64,000 bases of DNA from Schmidtea nova. Taxonomy: Eukaryota. Both the position numbers and the translations under genes were made by a program. Shown here piece by piece: positions 39,137-51,890 of the stretch. The notes below the pieces were generated by a model that saw nothing but the letters and a program-made list of their open reading frames with translations, ran no database searches and had not been told where the DNA came from. Location of the stretch: NCBI GenBank assembly GCA_044892505.1, contig CM097882.1:248930001-248994000 (forward strand), written 5' to 3'. How positions within the stretch are numbered: the first letter of the stretch is position 1; every line of letters begins with the position of its first letter.

Positions 39137-40566
39137 TCAAATCTTTATCAACAATTGAAGACCCTTTTGTTTCATATATTTTTGAACTTCAGGAACGAAG
39201 CATTCTTGGAACCATTTTGTAAAGAATTCTCCTGTCATCCACGCCTTTTTATTAGCCATCCAATGGACTAGCAGCTGTTTAATATTCTTGCCTTTCAAAG
39301 CTCGTGGCATTAATGACCTGTTGATTAACAGTGGCTTTAAAATCTTATCACCTGATGCGTTACTACACAATAAAAACGTTACTCGATCCACCAGCAGATT
39401 TTTCTGATTTAGCAATGTAGGTTCTGGAGGGCATTTCTTTCCAGAATAATCCCGTCTCATCGGCATTAAATACCTGGTCTGGCGTATAGCCACGTGTTCA
39501 ATTATTTTTATGAGTTTTTCTGGAAAACTCTTTGCAGCATTTTCATCTGCTGATGCTACTTTTCCTTTTATTTTGACATTATTAAATCCTTGCCTTTTTA
39601 GGAATCCTGTCAGTCATCCTTCACCTGCATTGAATGTCATTGTTTTCATTGCCTTGACACTTGTTGATGGCTCCAATTCTAGAAGTCGTTTGTATATTCT
39701 AAGCGCCTTTTCTTTTATAATTTTTCCATTTACAGGTATTTTTTTCTGCAGCAAATCCTCTATCCAAACCACTAAACTTTTTTCCATTTTCTCCGAGATA
39801 ATATTTCGGCTATATGATGATGCTTTGGAACTGATATTCGATCAGGAAATTACCGATCGTCGAATGGAATCCTCATTTTTTTATGGTTCTGATAGTCGCT
39901 TCACTTAAACTAAAATCTTTGCAACAGATGTGGGACCTACGCTTCTCTCAAGACTGTCTAAGATTTTTATTTTAGGTTCCAAAGAAATCGCTTGTCGCTT
40001 CCGATTATTTTTCGTTGGTTTAGACATCTTATTAATCGTCTATAATAAAAATCCAAATAAAAACACCCAATAAAAAATTTTTAAATCTAAAAAAATGTAA
40101 GTAAAACTTTTTAAAAATAATAATTTTTTCAGTAAATTACCAGTTTTTTTAAAATTTCCTTAAGTAAAATAAAACATTAATAAAAAAATTTAAAATTAAA
40201 AAAAATAACATTACCAGTTTATTAAAACTTCCTTATGTAAGTAAAATTTTCAAAAAAAATATTTGACGAAATAACAATAAAAACAAAATTAAAACATATA
40301 ATTTTTTCACGAACTTAACACAATAAAATTTAAATGGAAAATTAGAAAATGCGAATTCTGTTTCTTGATTACATATGTACATATAATAAAAATTGGGTAT
40401 TCCATGAGTTGTATTTGAATTTTGACATAGAAAAATCAAAAAGAATTTTTTTGGAAATAGTGTACAACCGAATATTTCGTGCAAAAAAAGAAGATTTGTT
40501 CATTTTTTGTGGACTGTGTTATTTCAAAATCGTGTAAAAAAGACCGTGTAAAAAGAGAGTTGGGTG
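39137..40566 (-). mobile_element. Tigger/pogo transposon, 3' truncated
   Basis: Transposase remnant 40027 to 39137 with CENP-B-like HTH segments (RQAISLEPKIKIL; VVWIED...NGKIIKEKA) and DDE_1 segments (DRVTFLLCSNASG..LKPLLI; ANKKAWMT). Terminal repeat ...gagagttgggtg followed by TA at 40567. Confidence 0.88.
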
Positions 40567-40781
40567 TATTTCTATGTTATCAAACAATAGAATGATGAAA
40601 TTTTATGTATGTTTATATTTCTGATATTTTATGTATATTGTTCACTATAGTATGGTGATATTTTGTACGTGTGTGATGAATTTCTATGTATTTTGTGTGT
40701 ACTTTCGATAATATTTCATATACGTGATGTTTTTGTGTGTCACGAATTTCTATGTATTTTTGATATTTTTATGTGTGATGA

Positions 40782-41254
40782 ATGGAGCCAATTATTTTTA
40801 TAATTGATGACCTTTTGACTTCGATTGAGAAATGGGATATCGACATTCTTTTAAAATTCTTCAAATTCTTCAATAATAAATTAATTATTGGTTTCACAGA
40901 CTCATTCGGATTTTATAAATCTATGATGAAATTATCCAGTTTTATTATGATTCTTAATGATATCGATTCTACTGAATTCAATATGAATACCATTTTCTGG
41001 TCATGCATAGATTTTCTACTTGGAAAATACCGTACTCTTATTCAAACTTTCATGCTGAATGTGGATAGTTTAGAGTTAAAGGTAAACAATAAATTGGAAG
41101 AAACCAAACAAAGGTTTCTCACATGTTCAATATGTAACATCAAAAGAATATCCATTTTATATTTACCTTGTGAACATGTCATTATTTGTTCAAAATGTTT
41201 AAAAAAAACTCTGATAAGTGTGAATCTTGTGATATAAATATTGATGGATATCAT

Positions 41255-41302
<48 letters not shown>
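40782..41302 (+). pseudogene. Intronless ORF ending in an IAP/MDM2-type C3HC4 RING finger, frameshifted in an A run
   Basis: CSICNIKRISILYLPCEHVIICSKCLKK continues after one added A as NSDKCESCDINIDGYHVIYI, completing all eight zinc ligands. Confidence 0.75.
41256..41302. repeat. (TA)n microsatellite; others at about 7653, 15118, 32477, 36733, 55171 and 60658, with (AAT)n at about 3099 and 47729
   Basis: Directly visible. Confidence 0.95.
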
Positions 41303-41307
<5 letters not shown>

Positions 41308-42035
41308 GTACAAATATAGGTATTTATTTTTACTAAAACAGATTTTCAAAAGCTTTCCACTGAAAGATAAAATTAATAAAAATTGACTAGATAATATCAA
41401 ATTTACTGAATTCATAACTCGATTTACTTGCTGAAATATAGAAAATTGTAATATTTTACCAATGATACTCAGAAAATGATCATTAATTTTCAACTAGCTT
41501 TTTATTGATACAAATAGAAATATTTTTTAAAATTTATTTTCGACCATATTACATTATTAATTTTGTACAAATAGGAATAAGTATTTACTGATACACTTTC
41601 ATCTATGATATTTTTAGCAGAACCTTGCTAGGAGAACGCACTTTGTGATTTATTATTATTATTATTAGTCTTAAAATTTTTTTAATTACATAAGTTATTA
41701 TTATTATTATTATTATTTTTTATTTTCACTTCTTCCTTTTTCTCAATTCTGATTTTAAGATCAAAATTTTCAATANNNNNNNNNNNNNNNNNNNNNNNNN
41801 NNNNNNNNNNNNNNNNNNNNNNNNNNNNNNNNNNNNNNNNNNNNNNNNNNNNNNNNNNNNNNNNNNNNNNNNNNNNNNNNNNNNNNNNNNNNNNNNNNNN
41901 NNNNNNNNNNNNNNNNNNNNNNNNNNNNNNNNNNNNNNNNNTACTCTCCTGTTTTTTTTCTGACGGGTTCTTTGACACTTTATTCGGGCCTGATCAGGTT
42001 TTAAGTGTAACAATGTATAGGCAGAATTTAATTCT

Positions 42036-42690
42036 CTACAAGATGGCTTTATTCAAAATTTAAATTGTAGTCTGTTGTGTTTTGCACACGTGTTTTGTAA
42101 TTAAATTTACATTTTTCATGTATATAAAATAACTTTTTTGAGTTTTCCTTGTAATATTATATGTATAAAATTTAAATGTCTACAAAATGGCTTTATTAGA
42201 AATCTGAAAGATGTCGTATTTTGTAATACACACGTGTTTTGTAATTAATTTTGCATTTTTCGTGTATATAAAATAAATTTATTGACTTTTCATTGTAATA
42301 AAGTATATGTAAAATTTAATTTCCTATAAAATGGCTTGATTAGAAAATTAGTTTGCTAGTGTGTTTGTAATACACACGTGTTTTGTAATTAATTTTGCAT
42401 TTTTCATGTATATAAAATAAATTTATTGACTTTTCATTGTAATAAAGTATATGTAAAATTTAATTTCCTATAAAATGGCTTGATTCAAAATCTAAAAAGT
42501 TGTCGTTTTTCTTGTTACACACGTGTTTTGTAATTAATTTTGTAAGTTTTAGTTATTTAAAATAACTTTAGTGAGTTTTCATTGTAATTACATATAGATA
42601 AAATTTAAATATCTATAAAATGGCTTGATTCAAAATTAAGTATATCGATATGTTTGTGATGCACACGTGTTTTGTAATAAAATACTGGGA
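42036..42690 (+). repeat. Tandem array of about 4.5 units of about 144 bp
   Basis: Anchor atggct at 42043, 42187, 42331, 42475 and 42620. Each unit contains the palindrome acacgtgt. Confidence 0.9.
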
Positions 42691-43079
42691 TTTTTTCGAC
42701 TATTTAGCATAGATTTATTGAATGTTTATTGTAATCATGTGTAGATATCATTTAATTTCTATACTAATGAAAATTATAAAAGTTTTGTGTGTGTTATTGA
42801 CAATTCTAATGTATTTTATCAAAATTAATTAAAATATTTTTTATAACTGACGTAATTATTGAAATGTAATATAATTTAGACGTAATTTACTGAAATATTT
42901 AGTCTAATATAATTTAATCATATGACATGCATGCAATTCATTGAAATATTTTATAACTTTGATGTGTATTATAATTTGTTGAAATAACTTTTCTAGTTTT
43001 TTTTTTAAAATACTGCAACGTAATATATAATTAGTCATAATTCTCTATCTGATGATAATAATACCTTTACTGCCTCTTA

Positions 43080-43200
43080 CTCGATTCTGATTGGCTAATA
43101 AGAATAAATTTCCTACCCCTTACTCGATTTTTATTGGTCAAAGGTTATGTGTGTGTAATAACTTTGATATATAAACAATCCTTTTTCATTCATTATTCAC
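43080..43200 (+). promoter_or_regulatory. Candidate Pol II promoter of the PolB gene
   Basis: Reverse CCAAT boxes (ctgattggct, ttattggtc), then tatataaa and a tcattc initiator-like motif shortly before ATG 43225. Partly conserved at about 12130-12230. Confidence 0.5.
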
Positions 43201-43224
43201 TTTTACAAATAATAAACATTAAAA

Positions 43225-46200
43225 ATGAACATGATAACAAGTTTTATGAACGAAAACCCAAGTGGGAAAGAAAATGGTAAATTTATTTTTTAATTTATTA
43301 TCATTTAGTATTAATTTAGGTAATATCAATAATTCAATTGGGAAATCGATGTTAGAAAATACAGAAGAAAATGGTACTTGATCATTAACTTAATAAATTA
43401 TTTAACTTTTACTTTAGGGGATGTAAATATGACTGAACAAACTACCGTACAAGCTGAGATTGTTAATAACGAGAATATTATGAATAATGGAGTTATACAT
43501 GATGTGGTATTGAATGCCCAATGTAAGTTTTGATTAATTTTAATTAATTTGATTAACTTTTAATTAATTTAGTAAATAAATGTAGTAAAATATTTGTAAA
43601 TATATATTTTTGGTAATATTTTGTAATAATTTAAATAATCTTTACTTTACGTAAACAGTTAATTTAAACAAATTCCTTTAATATTTTGTAATAATTTTTA
43701 TATTAAATTTAAATTATTTTAGTAATTATTATATTTAAATCATATTTATCTTAAATTTCATATTTATTTTCTAATAATTCATATCTTTATTAATTTATTT
43801 TAATGATTTTTTGATAAATTTAAAGATATTTCATATTAAGGTAAATTTTATGCGAATTATTGTAAGTCGTCAAATCATAACGATTGCCACAAATTAATGG
43901 AGCGATACTATCGTATTATAAATAACCAAATCACCTTCTATTTATGTCCCACATGTAAGAGCGCCCAACATATAAATTACATTGATTTTTATTTCCAACA
44001 TTATCTCCATTTAAATCAATTCACATGCACTAAGAAAAGTCTTTTCGCATTAATTAATAAATGTAAACGACGAAATGTTACTGTTTGTCCTAAACCGGCT
44101 AAAATAAATGTAATATCTGATGATGAAGATGTCCATTCATCAAATGACGATGTTTTAGTTATTCCTAATTTACATGTTGTCCAATATGGCGGTTCTGTTG
44201 AACCTTTGGTTAAATATAATTTGAAAAAATCGCACGCCATTGTTAAAATGGATGTGGATTCTTTAAATTTAAATAAATTAATTATTCCTTCACCTTTATT
44301 AAATAAATTTAATTCAGTTATTTCCAAAATGGGGTATGTAAAAGTTCAATTCTGCATTGATGTAGAATTTGAAAAGAATAAGCAATTTCAATCTTTTATA
44401 ATATCAAATTCTGCAAAACCAATGAGTGATACCTTTTTAGATGAAGGTATTGCTCTATTAAGTGAAAAAATGACTAAAGTCTGCGAAAATGGCAGCAATT
44501 GGTCAATTAATAAAATTAAAGAAATAAACTTTAAACTTACAAAATATTCACAGATAAGTAGATTGAGCGGTAAAGGTTCTTGTTCAACTCCACCATCATT
44601 AAATGCAAAACGTTGCACTGTCAATGTTAAAAATACTGATAACTTGTGTTTTATATATAGCATCTTGGCTATTTTAAAATACGATGATGTAGATAGCAAT
44701 CATCGAAATAGAAATAGAGCAACTAATTATAATCCCTCAGACCTTGTGTTTGATCCTTCTGATCTTCCTATGAAATTATGTAATATACCCAAATTTGAAG
44801 CGAAAAACCCTGGACTGTCTATAAATGTCCTTTCATATGACGAGTATGATCTAAATAATATTAATGAGGAAGAGGAAGTCATGAAACATCCACTTGTAGA
44901 TATTATTCATAGGTCAAAGGTTTTAGGTGGCACTCCAATTAATTTGATTTTGTTAGAGGAAAATGATTCTTTTCATTATATTGCAGTTACCAACATTAAC
45001 AGACTTTTAAATTGTGACACTCTTTCTGTTACTGATGTTCAAATAAGGTGCATGTGGTGCGAGCGTTGCTTGAATGGTTTTAGATTGACTGAAGCTTTTG
45101 AGAAACATCAGGCTTTATGCATAAAAAACCAGTTAGGTACAACTTTATACACTTTACCTTCAGATAAGAACTTGTAATTTAAAGATTGGTCAAAGATTGT
45201 TTCCCCTCCTTTTGTTGTATATGCCGATTTTGAGGCTGTTTTACCGAAGGACGATAAGTATTTTCAACGTCACTTGCCTATTTCTGCTGGCTTCTTGCTT
45301 ATTAATAACTTTACTGGCGAAAAATCGTATAAAAGCTTTTATGGTCTTAACTGTGTAGAAGAGTTTTTGACTGAAATCAATGATATAGGAGAAAAAGTAG
45401 TTTTACCTTACTTTATAAATAATTCCAAAAATAAAATGGAATATCTTTCTCCTGCACAAATAAGATCATTTCGTAGTTCTATTATTTGTTATTTATGTAA
45501 TAAACCTTTGAAAAATCCGGTTAAAGATCATGACCATTATACAGGTAAATACTTGGGTGCAGCTTGCTCTAAATGTAATTTTTTTCGGCAAATAAGATTC
45601 ATTATGCCTGTACTATTTCATAATTTACGCGGATATGATTTGCATCATATTCTCAAGTATGGTTTAAATAAATTGGATAAATGGAATATAAGTTGTATTC
45701 CTACTACCAGTGAAAAGTTTTTGACCTTATATGCAAGAGTCGATAGTTTAACTATTAAATTTATCGATTCTTGCCAATTTGTAAGCTGTAGCTTAAACGA
45801 TGCTGTAAAGACTTTAACAGATTTTCCTCTTACTTCATCCGAATTTATAGGGACTATTATTACATCCAAAGGCATATTCCCATATAATTTTGCAACTTCT
45901 TTAGAGGTTTTACAAAATACATACGAGTTGCCACCGATTTGGGAAGGAGTTAAAATCGACGAGTATGAAAAAGTTCAACAGATATGGGATGAATTTAATT
46001 GTGAAACATTGTTTGATTATATGATGTTATACCTGAAATTGGATGTTTTCTTACTTGCCGAATTTTTCAGCAATTTAGGGCAAAATCTATTGCACATAAC
46101 CGACTTGAGCCTCTTAATTTCTTGGGAATTCCCGGCATGTCATGGAATTCAGCTTTGATGACTTTGAAATCTCCTATCGAGTTGCTTCAAGATATGGAGA

Positions 46201-47567
46201 TGTATAATTTTTTCGAAGGGGGGATCCGTGGTGGGTTAACATTTGTTAACAAACACCATGTAGTATCCTCCGACGACATTGAGCTTCTTTATATAGATAT
46301 AAATAATTTATATGGGTGGGCCTTAAGCCAAAAACTACCTTATAAAGAATTTAAATGGGTAACTGATAGGGAAAACTTAAATAAAATAATTTATTACTGT
46401 GAATCTGATGATTTAGAAGTATTAACATTTGGATTTACATTAGAAGTCGATTTAGAAATTCCTGATTCGATTCACGACAAGCTGGATGATTTGCCAGTTG
46501 CCGCTGAAAAGATGTGTCCACCTGGCTCAAAGGTTGAGAAGTTGATGCTTACGCATTATCCCAAGAAGAACTATGTTCTTCATTGGAGACTTCTCAAACT
46601 TTTTCTTTCTCTTGGAGTAAAAATAACTCATGTCCATAGGGCAATTAAATTTAAACAAGCATGTATTTTTAAGGATTACATCGATACCAATACCAGACTT
46701 AGAGCAGAATCAAGTAATGCTCTGGGTAAAAATTATTATAAATTATTAAATAATAGTCTCTACGGTAAAATCGTAGAGAATCTTAAAAAGCGCATAAATT
46801 TAAGATTATGTAATTCGGCTTCTAGGCTGATTACATATACTTCTAAGCCAACTTTTAAAAGGACTTTCGAAATTGACGATGATTTGGTTGCAGTGTTGCT
46901 GAATCATGAATCGGTGTGTTTGGATAGACCAAGCTACATTGGTCAAACTGTACTGGATCTATCTAAACTTAGAATGTACCAGCTGCAGTATGAAGAGTTA
47001 CAAAAATATCGTAACGAATTCAACTGCGAAATCAACATAGTTGCTGGTGACACCGATTCGTTTTTTCTTGAGATTAGAAATTGTAAGCTTGATATTCTTT
47101 TACCGGCCATGATAAGAGATAACTTACTTGACACTTCTAATTATGATCCGAATCACCCATTATATAGTAGGAACCTTGATTCTGTCATTGGCAAGTTCAA
47201 AGACGAGAATAAAGGGCTTAAATATGAGGAGTGGGTGTTTCTTAGACCTAAATGTTATAGTCTTTTAGGTGACGAGGAAACTAATAAAGCTAAGGGGGCA
47301 ACATTAGCGGGTACTGACATAAAGCATCATTCGTACCTGGACTGTTTTAATAGTAACCAAATATTTTCTGTTCCCCAAACGAGAATCACAAGTAAAAATC
47401 ACCAACTTTTTACTATTAAAAATGAAAAGACTGCACTGACAAACGCAGATGATAAAAGGAAATGGGTGGCGAAAAATAAAAGCTTGGCATATGGCCATTA
47501 TATGGGAGGTGACTTGGTTATATTTCAACATACCAATCTAAGAATCAATCCATATCACCAATTCTAA
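43225..47567 (+). pseudogene. Near-intact protein-primed DNA polymerase B (DNA_pol_B_2 type) with endonuclease VII-like insertion; predicted exons 43225-43276, 43320-43373, 43418-43522, 43841-47567
   Basis: Exo I VYADFE, CYLC...KDHDHYTGKYLGAACSKCN, Exo II FHNLRGYD, Exo III YLKLDV, Pol A YIDINNLYG, Pol B KLLNNSLYGK and Pol C GDTDS. Only one in-frame TAA (45175-45177) and one frameshift near 46070-46130. Confidence 0.93.
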
Positions 47568-47589
47568 GATCAAACTGAAGAAGAAACAG

Positions 47590-47728
47590 TTTTATTAAAT
47601 AAAATTTGTTGAAGAACTTTGTTTTTTAATTATTTAGTTATATATTGTACAGATTAGTTTCAGTCTGTTTTTATAATTTGGGTAATAATTTTTAGAAACT
47701 ATGGTTACGTCATAGAAATAATAGAAAT

Positions 47729-47770
<42 letters not shown>

Positions 47771-48141
47771 TTAGTTTAATATTTATCGTATTTGATTAAG
47801 TAATTTTATGTTGTGCAGAATTGTCTCATTTTGTTATATGCTTATAATGTTTTGATGAGTGCTTTCATTGAACGTTTATCATTGAAGGTGTAGAAAAATA
47901 TTAAGAACAATAATAAATTATATTAACAAAAGTAAATTAATAATATTAAAAAAAAAAATAAATAACTAATTAAAATAAATTAATAAAAAAAAAAAAATTA
48001 TTTAAATAAAAAAAAAAGAAATAATTTAATAATAAAATAAATAATAAAAATTCTAAACATTTAAACAAAACACACTTTAAAAATGGCGCCAAAAAACGCG
48101 CGATAACTCATAGTGACGCAGTCCTGACACATCTACCTACT
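47590..48141 (+). repeat. Right subterminal region of element D, repeated in inverted orientation at 51904-52430
   Basis: Shared blocks gtttcagtctgtttttataatttg, tatggttacgtca, caatgataaacg and aaaacgcgcgataactcata in the same order. Confidence 0.85.
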
Positions 48142-48419
48142 AGTATATTTATTTTATATGTTAATATTATTAATATTTTATTATTATTTTTATTATTGAT
48201 AAAATCAAAGTTATAAATAAAATATTGCTAGATTCAACGTCAATTCCCAATTCACCCCAAAACTGATCTGCCCACGGCTACAATAAAACAAAAGTTAATG
48301 ATGCTAGAGGAGAAATCTCTATTTGACTACCAATTTTCATGAGTATTTTTCTGTGTAAATAAAAATGTATTTTCAACTTTGTCTTTATTTTTGATTCATG
48401 GGGAAAATAATTTTCAATA

Positions 48420-48720
48420 ATTAGGAATCCAGATTCTGGAAAAGATTTATTATGATGTCATCCGATGTCAATGCTCGCAATATAATATCATCATAAATAT
48501 ACGTATTCAGGAAGTCTTTGACAATTCTTTCCTCATACAAAACACTGAAATAGTTTTTGATTTATCTCTGTATTTATATTTTAATAGAATATCCAATAGC
48601 TATATAACTGTCACATCCAGCGCAACATAGCCGATTGTTACGTTGAATTCATCCATTGTTAATCCACACAATGGACAGAGAAGGGATTTTATTGCCATTT
48701 GTTTTGCCAGTTCGTCGTTA
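48420..48720 (-). pseudogene. Decayed ORF with a CxxC...CxxC zinc-ribbon-like motif
   Basis: LLCPLCGLTM...RLCCAGCDSY...YFSVLYEERIVKDFLNTYIYDDIILRAL, read across a frameshift and stops. Family not recognised. Confidence 0.3.
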
Positions 48721-49809
48721 TTAGAAGTTTTATATTATTTATATAATTATCATTTAATGTCATTCTGAAATTATAATAATCCGTCTTAAATTTATTTTAG
48801 TTCAACTAATCAGTTTGGATTTTCTCTAACAATACCATTGAAATGTAAAATTTGTCATCTTCCTCTCTTTTTCGTTCAACCCTATTGCAACCTGCATTAA
48901 GATGTTATTATGTTGTGAGGTTTATGTTTAAATGATTTTTTGAGCTTAGCCGAGTCTCCTGTGAAATATATTTCGGGAATGTCTGGGGTAATTGTATATA
49001 ATGTGTGAATGCCTGTGTGTGTGTGTGTGTTTGTAAAATAATATAAGTTTTAATTAAAATTAACAAACAATTATCTAATGAAAAAAATTATTAAATGAAC
49101 ACAATAAATAACAACAGACACAAGGTTAGTAATTGTTAATAAGGGACAGGGTTAATTTTCTAAAAAAAAGAACCGGAACGCACGGAAAAATAGTGTTAAT
49201 TTATTATTTTTTAAACTAAACTGCAATTTTAAAGACTATATTTGCAGTTAATTTCAGTTTTGATTTTTTTCGTTGATAGGAATAGGAATTGAAAATCAAA
49301 ACCTCATATAAGGAAAAATTTCTTTAAATATTTTTAAAAAATTTTAAAAAAGAACTTGAACGGCATTCCGGCCGAAATTAAGCTCTGACTAGGGAGATTG
49401 TGAACGGGAAAGCAATATAGAACTTTATGAATCATCAATTAAAATTCGCTAGTTACATAAAGTTTTATTCTGGTAAGATTTATTTTCATTTAGACTTTTT
49501 TAATCAATAGAATCTAAGAGAATTTGATGATCAAATAGATATAATTTTCAATAGTAATAGTAGCGAGATGTGATAACTCAATAAATAAAGAAATTACATA
49601 ATCGATGAGTCATAATCAGTCAGGATCGAGCACCCTCCGTGAGGTAAAAATCGATGAGGCAATCAGCGACTCATAAAAACTATTATTGTGTGATCAATGA
49701 TGTCATCATGAAATTTTATTTTAAGGTCAAATGAAGGTCAATCCTTTTTGCTTAAAAGTTATTTTGAGTAAAATTTTAAGGCCGGCGTCATTTTAGAGTC
49801 AAATTTTTA

Positions 49810-51890
49810 TTTTAGAGACCCATTCAATATTAATTGCTCAATATTTACGTAACTCCACATATTGTTATTTATACATCCGAAGTTTTTATAAATCCAAAAC
49901 TGATTTATGTATATATCTGCCTATATCCAAACAAATAGAATCTTTTTTTAGTAATGCAGCTATTAAATCATCATCTCACTTGATAATTCTTTGAAAATTT
50001 GGCTTCGAAGCATATGTTATTATCTTTCGTTCAGTCAAATCCAATTTTTCTTTCAAATTTTGAACTGTTTTTCTGTTCAGAATTTTTTCAAAAGCTGATT
50101 ATAATTCATATCAATTCTATTATTCGAGTCAGCTTTTAGATTAGTATTTGTATCAATATACTTTTCGAAAATAGTAGCCTGTTTAAATATAACAGCTCTA
50201 TGTATATTGATTATTTTTACACCCAATAATAAAAACATTTGAAATAACCGCCAGTGATTTACATAAATTTTTCTTTGGATAGTGTGCCATTATTAAATTT
50301 TCTACTTTAGATCCTGGAGCATACATTTTCTATTTTAGATCCTGGAGCATACATCTTTTCATCTGCTACATGTAGATCATACAAGAAATCATGAATTTCT
50401 GAAGAAATCTCTAAATCAATTTCTACCATCTAGCTATTCGGAAGCGTTTCTTATTCTAAATTCTTGCATTCTTCTAAGATTTTATCTAGATCTGAATGAA
50501 TTCAACTAAAATCTACACGTGGCAAGCATTGTATTAAAGGTTATTAGTGTCTATGTCCAATAATTCAGTAGTCCCATCTGATTTAACATAATTCATGTTC
50601 ACACAAGTAAGGCCACCACTAATTCCTTCATTAAAGTTAAAAATTTCCATTTTTTGTATCAGTTTAATTAGTTCATCTAAAGTTACAAGTGATGATGCCC
50701 AAGACATTCTAGGAATTCCATAAAAGTTCAATGGTTCCAATCGATTATGAGCTATGAACTTGATTTAAAATTGCTGGAAAAAATCAGTCAATAGAAACAC
50801 GCCAAGTTTCAAATAAATTAACTGATAATCCATCAATGTTTCACAACCGGTTTCTTTTCATATATGTTTCTAGAAATTCTTGACTAGTTGCAAAGTTATA
50901 TGGAAATATTCTTTTTGATTCTACTATAATCCCATTAAATTCGCATTTCATAATGGGTAATGTGTTCAATGTTTTGACAGCTTTATCTAAGAATTAATTG
51001 ACAAACTGATAATAATCAATACATTTTATTGAAATTCCACTAATTTATACAATAAGTGATAGAATCTTCTCAGTACTAAGAGGAATACAGCTTAAATTCC
51101 AATTCGGAAAATGATTTAAGCCATGCTTAAGGATATGGTGTAAATCATTACCCTTCAAATTGTGAAACATAACGGGCAATATTTCATTGTTTTACCTTGA
51201 CATATTACATTTATTACATGCTGGACCAATATATTTCCCTGTAAAATGATCGTGATCTCTGACCTTTTCTATTATCTTTTTCTTGCACAAGTAACAAATT
51301 GCAGATGTTTCGAATGATTGATTTTCATCTAGAGACAGTGATGACATTGGCTTTTTCACTTCATTGATGTAATATGGAAAAACAATTTTTGTTTCTATAA
51401 TCTTTACTTTCTTCAAAGATTGATGAACACAACCATAACAAACAAATTAGTAGTTATTTGATATTCCGTTACAATTGTTGATTAATAATAGTCCCGATGA
51501 AATTGGTAAATGTTTTTGAAAATGAGTGTCATCTTTTGGCAAAATCGACTCAAAATTTGCATAAAAAACAAATGATGTGCTATTATCTTTGACTAGTTTT
51601 TGAATTCCAAATTTATATATGTCTTGTAAGTGGGGTAAGGGAAGTCTCATTACTTTTCAGACACGCCAAATATTTAAGGTTGTATATAATTGATTTTTCT
51701 TGCACAATGCTTGATGCTTTTCAAAAGCTTTTTTCTTCCTGAATCCATTTGAACAATTTTCACACAATTTGCTACAGATCTGAATATTACAATTTAATGA
51801 AAGTGATCTTTATTTTCTGCTTCCCATCTATGACTTTTGATCAATGAATTATATTCAAATGCGGATGTTTCATTTCAACATTATTCATAT
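49810..51890 (-). pseudogene. Polinton-type PolB copy 5 (central fragment, decayed)
   Basis: EMKHPHLNIIH, CSNGFRKKKAFEKHQALC, VFYANFE, VRDHDHFTGKYIGPACNKCN, EGISGGLT and DIDTNNL. Stops before GDTDS. Confidence 0.88.

Larger units (their letters stand above)
41985..48141 (+). mobile_element. Polinton/Maverick-like element D (about 6.2 kb visible): tandem array, promoter, spliced PolB, terminal motif
   Basis: Ends ...gacacatctacctact at 48141 (reverse complement AGTAGGTAGATGTGTC, resembling Polinton AGTAG termini). The true left terminus may lie in the gap 41776-41941. Confidence 0.8.

Noticed and set aside
42036-42690. CRISPR-like interpretation of the regular repeats
   Set aside because: Whole units are homologous with no unique spacers, the context is eukaryotic, and there are no cas genes.
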